Shown in pieces: positions 55,066 through 64,000 of a stretch of DNA of 64,000 nucleotides. The stretch's first letter is position 1, and each line of letters opens with the position of its first letter. A program made the position numbers and the translations under genes. The notes under the pieces are model-generated. The model had not been told where the DNA came from. It ran no database searches and worked only from the letters and a program-made list of their open reading frames with translations. The DNA is from the human T2T-CHM13v2.0 reference genome, Homo sapiens, in NCBI RefSeq assembly GCF_009914755.1, contig NC_060935.1; one strand, 5' to 3'.

Positions 55066-58000
55066 TTACTTCACTGACGTGGCTTTGTAAAGACCCAGAA
55101 CCTCAGAATTAGAAAGGACCTCAGAAGTCATGTGCTCTTCCTCCCACCAAGTCAGACATGGCAGATATATCACAGTCTCTCCAAGCCTTGCACCTGTCTC
55201 CATCGCTCAGCCACAAGCTCTTCACAGGCAGGGACAGCAGCTGATTCATCTTGGTATCTTCCTCCTCCACAGAATTATGAACCAGAGAGCTCCAAAAGGA
55301 TCATGATCTCCACCCACAGGCTAGAAACTATGTGGGACGAAGCCAGCAAGTGACTTCCTAAAGGGATTTCAGCAGAGCTAACTGTGAATAGCCCCATCCA
55401 GACTCCTCCTGCTGAATTTCCTCATCTGCTTCGTTTCACGGACGCTCACTCCAAACTCGCGGCCACCCTGCCCCGCCTGTCATCCCATAGTACCCAAGAT
55501 TCCCACTTTACAGCATTCCATTTTCTTCCAAGAATTCCCCTCCAGGCATCACACTGTGCCCCTCCTGCTGGCCAAATGCCTAGAGACGCCCTGGCTTCTC
55601 CTCGGCACTGTGATCTGTTATAGGGAATTAACAAGGAGCCAAAGACTAGCACACGTGCACTCGCGCGCACACACTCACCTCAGGGAGCTCCAGAAACGGC
55701 GTTTTCTTCATTTCCCCGTCTTTGGGGCGGCCTCCAGCTTTAAGTCCTCCACTTTTGGCAGCAGCCTTTCCCTTTGGGAGAAAGACAAGCAACTTTAGAG
55801 TGATATGGAAATCTCCCCCTAAACATTTGCAAGCCTTGCAGGACTTGGAGCTGGTCCCAAAGCAAATTCAATCAGCCCTTTCTTCCCCCGACACTTGCTG
55901 CCTCCAGCTGAGCCCCATCTCATACAGTGAAGCCCAGTGAATGGGTGCACCTGATAAGTCCCGAGAGGCCCCAGCCCCACACCAAGAAAAAGAGCGAGAA
56001 AGCCACCACGAGAAAGGAGGAGTGGGGAGGGAAGGAAATGGGGCCAGGCCTGGGACAGCTGCCATACTGAGCCTGCTTTTGACAAAGGCCTCTTCCTGCA
56101 CTGAGAAGGACCTTCAGCTAAAACATGAATTTACACGGCAAGGAAGTGATCCTGCTGGCCTGTGGGCCCAGTTCCTGAGCTTTTAAAGACTGAAAATGTT
56201 CAGCTTTTCAGTGTTTGACTCAGAAAGCCCTAAATCCCTCTGCCTTCTCAGATTAATAAATGATATTTGCAACTGGATACTGTGATACTGGTACTTCTCC
56301 CATCTCTTATCCATAAAAACCTAATTGTAAAACATTCACTGAATTCGATCCTCTAATGAGACAATGAAATTTCAAAGGATCCATAAAGACAGGCAGACGA
56401 AAGCCTTCAGTACACAGTCCTATGTGCTCTGAAAATATAACAGTACGTGTGTAATTGTGTCTTCCCGAGCAGTAGGAGAATGGGTGGGGCACTGGGAGTA
56501 GGAGAGGCAGAAGGACAGGAGACTGACCTAATGAACATAAGGTTGAATGTTGAACCCTAATTCCGCAGGGCAGCCACCCACGACAAAATCCAAGGTGTTG
56601 TCCTAATCCTTCTTCATATTGATGGTTAAGCAATATCTTTTCCAGCTGTCACATAAACTCCCTGACTGCCGTCAGTACACGCTAACCCAGGATTTCCCTA
56701 GCAAAGCTCCCACCAAATCCCATTACATCAAAATAAGTATCAACATATTCAGAGGATTTGTACACCCTTAAGTGAGGTCTCTCACCTCACACTGTCACAG
56801 TCTAGGCATCTAAAAAGAGTGAATCCAAGGGGAATTGAAAAACCGGATGATGAAACACCTCCCACGGTGCAGGGTTAGAACGCTATCTGCAGCCTTCAAG
56901 CAGCAACAAAGTGTTTTGTTGTGTTGAGTTCTGTTGTGCTTTTTGGTTGACTCAGGCCTGTGTGAGAGAAACGAAACATGAGCCTTGAAGCCAGTCATGA
57001 GTTTTACTCCAGACTCTGCTATTTTGTGACGTTAAACGTAGCACTTAACTTCTTAGCACCTTGGTTCTCTGGGATGGAAATAGGGGTAGGAGTGGAATAA
57101 TACTTCTTTTGGTTTATAGGTTTTTAGGCTCATAATTGTTATTATCAATGACATTTGTGTTTTGGGAGAGCTGCTGTATTCTCCACAACGTCCCTGTGAT
57201 AGGCAGAAGATCTGAAAAGCCTGCCCTGCGCAGGTGAGGCAGTGCATCACTAGGACCTACACAGGTACAAGACCCAGAAAGCCGTATTTGCTGATCCTGA
57301 CTGGTAAGTGACACAACATCCTCATGAACAATACACAATGCCTCAGGTGTAAACACAGATATCCTTTAAAGCAACCCAGTCATTTCCGAAGTGTGCTTCA
57401 GTGACTATCAACTATGGATTCCTACTCAGCTGCAACTTCTGATTTCCTAAATAAATCTTCCATCTCCCAAAAAGAAGACTGAAAACACATCTCTACCTCC
57501 CCATCAAGGACAGTCATCTCTGAGAAGGGACAGGGAGGCCCCAAGAGCACTGGTCAGTGACAATGTCCCACAGGGGGGCCTACTCCTGTTGCTGGTGCAT
57601 TCTCACCATGGAGACACTCCCAAACCCCGGGCCCACACAGACAGCTCGGATCAAACTCATTTCCTGCCTGCAGTCTGTTTCACTCCTTCTAGGCCCCTTC
57701 TGCAGGAGCCCGAGGATGCAGCTGTGTTTGCACTAACATTCCTGCAAGGGGGAGAGAACATTGCTGCAAGGCAATAAGAGGACGATAATTAAAACAAACA
57801 ATAAAATGAAAATTTCATCAGCATTTTCAAAATAGGAGTTTTCAACTAGCAGCATTTTGCACAGAGCTGGGACAATTCCATTCTGGCAGACATCCTAAAT
57901 CCTTTGAAGCCGGGAGACTACCCGTGTCCTTTCAGGAGAAGAGCCTGGCGGGGAGCTCGGGGAGCCGGCCAGGAGAGGGTCTGTTGCTCATGGCCTGGAT

Positions 58001-58745
58001 CTTCCTTTTGCTGTGAGTTTGCACTACGCTGCTTTTGCAATGAGATTTTGAGCACTCTGAAGTATCATGGCTCTCAGAGGCAGATAGGAAGAGAGGGGAC
58101 ATTCACTGGGCCAAATTGGGCCAATCATCTCTGCTTTGGGAAATCAGACGAATCCAAGCCAACTGGCTCCTGGGAAGAAGATGTATCCAAGCCAGACAGG
58201 ACAAGGCTGAAACAAAAGCTAAAGAATTCAAAAGGCACAAAGGTAAAAGCCAGCCCCGAGAGCTAGCCAGCTATCCTTCAGCAGAGCCAGTTGGGCCACA
58301 GAGCAGAACTTCCAGGGTTCAGAGCTGGCAGTGTAAAAACAGAAGGAAAATGGGAAGAGGCCAGGGAAGGGGGAGAGCTGGGGAAAGACAAAAGCAGGGG
58401 AAGTCTCCTGGATTTTCCAAAATGACCTTTGGTGACCACAGCGAGTAGCCAAGAGGCCAAGTTGCCACAGATGAAGTGAGGTCCAGTCCTAAGAAGGCAA
58501 ATGTCTTTATCTTCCTAACAGCTAGAGTCTGCAGCCCAGCTGAACTGTGGTAGAATACAGGGACAGAGGGCCACTGAATGAGGCTCACAGCTGGTGCAGA
58601 ATGGGAAACCCAAGGCCCCTCTACAAGGGGAGACATGCCCACGTGAAAGCCTGCCAACCAGAAATCTGCCAACTGTTTTTCAATTTGTTTTGTGTTCCTC
58701 AGTTTCCTTTTCAGGTAGGTCATATATTTAAAAACTGATTTTCAT

Positions 58746-59010
58746 TTGGGAGGCGGAGGCTGGCGGATCACGAGGTCAGGAGTTTGAGACCAGCCTGGCG
58801 AATATAATGACATGCTGTCTCTACTAAAAATACAAAAATTAGCCAGGTGTGGTGGCCATGCCTGTAGTCCCAGCTACTCAGGAGGCTGAGGCAGAAGAAT
58901 CACTTGAACCTGGGAGGCTGAGGTTGCAGTGAGCCTAGATCATGTCACTGCACTCCAGCCTGGTGACAGAGCGAGACTCCATCTAAAAAAAAAAAAAAAA
59001 AAAAAGAAAA
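58746..59010 (+). mobile_element. AluS, slightly 5'-truncated
   Basis: TTTGGGAGGCGGAGGCTGGCGGATCACGAGGTCAGGAG..., poly-A. Confidence 0.92.
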
Positions 59011-59029
59011 ATCCCTGACTTTCAACTCA

Positions 59030-59875
59030 CAAAAAACATTAAAAAGTGGACAAAGGACATGAACAGACACTTCTCAAAAAAAGACATACAAGCAGCAAAC
59101 ATATGAAAAAACGCTCAGCATCACTGATCATCAGAGAAATGCAAATGAAAACCACGGTGAGACACCATCTCACACCAGTCACAATTACTATTATTAAAAA
59201 GTCAAAAAATAACAGATGCTGGCAAAGTTGTGGAGAAAAGAAAACGTTTGTACACTACTGGTGGGAATGCAAATTAGTTCCGCCCCTGTGGAAAGCAGTT
59301 TGGAGATTTCTCAAAGAACTAAACATAGAATTACCCTTTTACCCAGCAATCACATTACTGGGTATATACCCCCCGAAAAAAATTAAGCATTCTACCAAAA
59401 AGACACATGCACTCATATGTTCCTCACAATACTGTTCACAACAGCAAAGACAAGGAATCAACCTAAGCACCCATCAGTGGTGGATTGGATAAAGAAAATG
59501 TGGTACACATACACCATGGAATACTATGCAGCCATAACAAAGAATGAAATCATGTCCTTTGCAGCAACATGGATGCAGCTGGAGGCCGTTGTCTTAAGCA
59601 AATAATGCAGAAACAGAAAACCAAATACCACATGTTCTCACTTGTAAGTGGGAGCTAGACACTGGGGACTCATGGACATAAAGATGGAAACAGTAGACAG
59701 TAGGAGCTACTAGAGGAGGGGGAAGGGAGAAAGGCAACGGTTGAAAAACTCCCTCTTGGGTGCTATGCTCAGTACCTGGGCGAACGGTTCTGTTGTACCC
59801 TAAACATCAGCATCACATAATATACCCTTGTAACAAACCTGCACATGTACCCCCAAATCTATAATATAAAAGAAA
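59030..59875 (+). mobile_element. L1PA15/16-like 3' fragment
   Basis: ORF2 C-terminus HHLTPV...CWQSCGEK...HYWWECKLV; 3'UTR CATGGACATAAAGATGG...AAACCTGCACATGTACCCC. Confidence 0.85.
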
Positions 59876-60617
59876 CCTGATTTTTTTCGGATTACTAAAG
59901 CAATATAAGCAATATACATTCTCAGCAAAAAGGAAAAATTAAATACCAATTACCTATACTCTCCTCCAGCTCCTGAGATAACCCTTGTTTATATGTTGGT
60001 GTCTACTCTACATTTCTTATATATCTATATAATAATTATGGTCACAAGTTCAAAATCATAATGTACAATCTATTTGTAACCTCTTTCCACCCAAAATATC
60101 ATGATCACTCTTCTTTGTTGCTTGTGTCTCAATCAACACTTATTTATGATAAATGAAACTCACTAAAACTAGATTCGGCCAGAGGGAATCCATCAGATGA
60201 CTCAGGAACCTCACAGAACCCAAGAAACGACAGCTGGGACACAGGCTAGCACTGGGACGCCTCCCTGACACCCCAGGGCATGGCGTCCTCTCACTCTATC
60301 TGCTCAGCAGTGCCATCTCTGCAGCCCAGGCCCCTGCTTCTGTGTGTAGCAGCAGGCAGCGGCTGCATAGCCCACCAGATCCACTGGGCTTATCTCATCC
60401 TAAATGCAAAACACCAGCCTGCTAAACTCCCAATTCCAAATGCCCAAGGTCCGTAATCCGGCTGGCTTGGTTTGTCATCTCTACATCCTTGAAGTAATCA
60501 GCCATGGCTGGCGGGAGTGGGAGAGGCAGGGAATTGGTGTGCCAGGCCATTAGAGAAGTGGACTCACTTACAAATGTTATTTACTATTCCTTCAAAGGAT
60601 ATGCCAGGAAAACAGCT

Positions 60618-62435
60618 TGTATTAGTCAGGGTAGACTAACTGCTATTTACAGAAACCCCAAAGGCTTATTTCTTGCTCGTATCCCAGTCTACTGTGGACC
60701 AGTAGGGATGATTGGGAGCAGGTGTGGGGGTCAGGAGGGTCTGGGCTCCTTCCATCCCTGGCTCCCCTATCTTGTAGGGTCTTAGAGTCCTCTAGTGGAC
60801 CTTTTGAACTCAAAAACTTAATCATGTCTGATCCATTTGCTTCCAGGCAGCTCCATTTGCAAAGCAAACACTCTCAAGATTCTTTCCTAGACATAATTCT
60901 AAGATGTGCTTGATTTCGTTGTCTCCTCCCTTACCTCCCACCTCTCTTGTTCTCAGCGGCTGTCTTGAGACTATGTGGAACAGTAGGCTTGAATGGGACA
61001 GCTGCATCCCAGTCTAACCTTCTGCTACAGGATTAAATCACTTTCTTCAATCGAAACATGTTATTGGGTCTCTGTCTCAATGCTTCTCAATCCCATCCCT
61101 TACTGTTAAGGAAGCAGCCAGCTTTTCCAACCCCTCTGGGGCAGACTGGATTTTCCCAAAACGGGCCATGGCCATAACAATCTTGCCAACGCCACGTGTT
61201 CTCCCAGAGCCTTGACACTCAGCCCACCATGAGGTGGAGCGTGATTCCCCTTGCTCTGCATATGGGCTGACCTTAGTGACTTGGTAATAACAACTGACAT
61301 CAGGCAGAGGTGACACCACCTGACTGCCGAGACCAGGTGGTAAAGTGATAGAACTTCTGCCTGGCAACCCAGCCACCACGCTGTGAGGAAATTCAAATGA
61401 ACCCACATGGGGAGACCAAAGGGAGAAGTCTATGTGGACAGGCACTGAGTCTCCAGGCAACAGCCAGAATCAGCTGCCAAACACACGAGTGAACCAGCCT
61501 TCTGATAATTCCAGTCACCAGCTTCAAGTCTTCCAGCAGAGCCCCAAACATTGTGCAGCGGGGACAAGATGTCCCTGCTGTGTCCTGCTGGAATTTCTGA
61601 TGCACAGATGCCAGGAGTGTAAGAAATGGCTTATGCACTAAGTTTTAGGGTAATTTGTTACACAGCAATAATAGTTGGAACATGTTTGAGGCACCACACT
61701 TTTGCATTCTTCTTACTCCCTTTTTATATTACTTTTAAATCAGCTCATTATTTCCTAACTTCCTTCTTCTTGTGATACTTTGCCAAAGGCAGACAATAGA
61801 AGCCCACCACAGATAAATATACACACACTGCTAATGTTCTATTTTCTAAACACTTCCCCTAGTGCTAAAATCTCAGGCACATGGTCTCCCTTCCAGATCA
61901 TCACTGTGAAGTTCTACCAAACACTTTGCCACAACAACACAGGGCTTGACAGCCTTCCAGCCTCCTGGATGTGTCTCCTCACCACCCACAGCCTGACTAT
62001 TAAGCCAATATCCCATGTTTTAGGCATTTTTATTATGGAAGCACCCACTTCTGGCATCAATATCTATATTATTCTGGGGAGACTAACTCCGGTAGCTAAG
62101 AATCCCATCATTCAATGGCTTAACACTATAGAGTCTTGTGGTCATTCATATTGTGATCCCACACGTGTGGGAAGGTCACAGCTCCCACACAGATGTCTTC
62201 TGTCTGGCTGATTCTCCATCACCAGCGCTCAGCAGCCTCCCCTGGGTCTTGTGCATCCTGCCAGTGTGGAGGATCACATGGTCAGTGCCTGGAAGTAGCA
62301 CGCCTTACCTCAACCCACATTTCACTGGCCGCAACTCAGTCCTGTGGCCCCACACAACTATAAGGAAGGCTTATGTCAGCTGTGCCCCTGGGAAGAAGAA
62401 ATGAGTTTATGAGCATCTAGCCATCACACTTCCAC
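60618..62435 (-). mobile_element. MLT1 (I/J-like) MaLR remnant: LTR, internal sequence, LTR
   Basis: Similar LTR ends at 60618 (TGTATTAGTCAGGGTAGACTAAC) and 62064 (TATATTATTCTGGGGAGACTAAC); MaLR-int start GCACCCACTTCTGGCATCAAT abuts 62064. Confidence 0.55.
61137..61682 (+). mobile_element. MLT1G-type LTR nested in MaLR internal sequence
   Basis: GGCAGACTGGATTTTCCCAAAA...TGGGCTGACCTTAGTGACTT...AGTTTTAGGGTAATTTGTTACACAGCAATA. Confidence 0.8.
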
Positions 62436-62590
62436 ACTGCCCAAAGCAAGGCTGAAAGTCCAGTCACAGTAATATCACGCTATGTCTCTTCCCTAACTGT
62501 CCCCGTCCCAGAGTCCCTGCTCTGTGGGAGCCAGGCCTTCCCAGCAGCTCATTCCTAGGGTCTTGCTCAGGCTTGTCTAGATACTACTAC

Positions 62591-63048
62591 AGTGGTATGC
62601 AGAATAGTGTACCAGCAGAGACAGCCACGTGCAAACCCCCAGACTCTGTGCATAGGTCACCTAGCATGGCAAAAGGGACTTTGAAGCTGTAAGTAAGGTT
62701 AAGCACTTTGAGTTATCCTGGGCTGTCCAGATGGGCTCTGTCTAATGACATGAGTCCTTAAAAGCAGAGAAACCCTTCCCGGCTGTGGTCACAAAGGAAG
62801 ATGTGGTCAGAGAGATGCAAGGTTGCCAGCTTTGAAGACAGAAGAAGTGGGCCATGAGCTGAAGAACTCCAGAAGCTGGAAAGGGCAAGTGAATGCAGAA
62901 AGTGAATCCAGAGTGGAACACAGCCCTGCTGACACCTTGACCTTAGCTCAGCTGGACTTCCAACCTACAAAACTGTCTGATGATAGGTTTGTGTTTTAAG
63001 ACCTCAGTTTGTGATCATTTGTCATGGCGGCAATAGAAAACTAATACA
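62591..63048 (+). mobile_element. MLT1D MaLR LTR
   Basis: CATGGCAAAAGGGACTTTG...AGAAGCTGGAAAGGGCAAG...GCAATAGAAAACTAATACA. Confidence 0.88.
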
Positions 63049-64000
63049 GCCAATGACTGCTCTTGGCGATAAATTCTGAGCCCCACACTTCAACAACAGA
63101 GAGCCCAGGGCCCCAGTAGGAATATACCTCATGTTCACAAACTAGCTTCTGCCAGACTGTGGCTGCCTTCTCCACACCCACGGCTCCACCCCTGTTCTCC
63201 TTACTCCCCTGCACCCAAAGCCCTGAGACTCAGGCCACCAGCCCTAAGGAGGCACTCTGGGCCACCCAGTCAGCACATGTTTGTCTCAGAGCCCTTCCCT
63301 GCTAAGCTTGGCCTCTGGCAGAGCAGCAAGACCGGAGGCCAGCCAGGGACAGCGTGTGCTCTGCCCAGAGGCCCTAAACCCAGAGTCGGCAGACCCAGCT
63401 GCACAAAGACAGAGGGATACACTGGTGTGTCCTACACGTGACCATGGGAGACACGGCTCTGGGCAGTGCTGGTCAAAATATGACAATGTGGCCACCATTC
63501 TCCCTACCACCCTCAACAACTCCCCTCAAGAAAGGGGTTGGAGATGATTCCCCCAGCAGATATGATGGGTGATAGCACAGCACGCCATACACCCTCCCTC
63601 ACACGCCCAGGAAAGATGGGCTCTGTACGAGAACTTGCAGTTTAAGCCAAAACAAATAAATAAATGACGTGTGGAATTTTAGGCATGAGGTGAAAGGAGG
63701 ATTATTTATCTTGGAGTCTTCCCAGAATGCCTTCAATAACCAATATGTTACCTGCCCATATGCAAGTGGAGTCTAGACCAGCCATGAAAATAGGCACAGT
63801 CCTTGGGGAAGGAGAGCCAGGCAGAAGGAAAGCAAGATAAGAACTGAAGACACAGGGAAAACTGCACAGTGGAGCTGGAGAACCAAAGCTAACCCTGTAG
63901 GTCAGAGACGGCTCAGGAACTGGGTAGTTCTCAGGCTAACGCAGGGGAAATGAAATCTGTGGGGTTAAACGTGTGCTCAAAAGTCTATGGGTGGGAAGAG

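Overview
Primate (human-like) genomic DNA dominated by interspersed repeats. No confidently identifiable host protein-coding gene, RNA gene or CRISPR array is present. The left third (about 2.7-21 kb) is a deeply nested retroelement stack. An old L1 is split by a near-full-length L1MD-type element, which itself hosts MER2, Tigger1 (with an Alu), a young 5'-truncated L1PA2/3 (546-aa ORF2/RT remnant, perfect 15-bp TSD), L1MA/L1MC 3' ends and an MST LTR. The middle has unique sequence with enhancer-like motif clusters, two CpG-rich patches, a complex 24-bp-arm palindrome and a complete LTR12 (ERV9) solo LTR. The right part holds L2/MIR/MLT1/L1/Alu fossils, a one-ended Ricksha MULE carrying a captured MLT2B LTR, and a short inverted copy of that Ricksha segment 2.7 kb away. 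The main unexplained signals are exon-like fragments at 0.9-2.2 kb, the palindrome at 25.9 kb and the templated inverted insertion at 49.8 kb. I found no convincing novel multi-gene system. Subfamily calls come from recalled consensus sequences and most boundaries are approximate.
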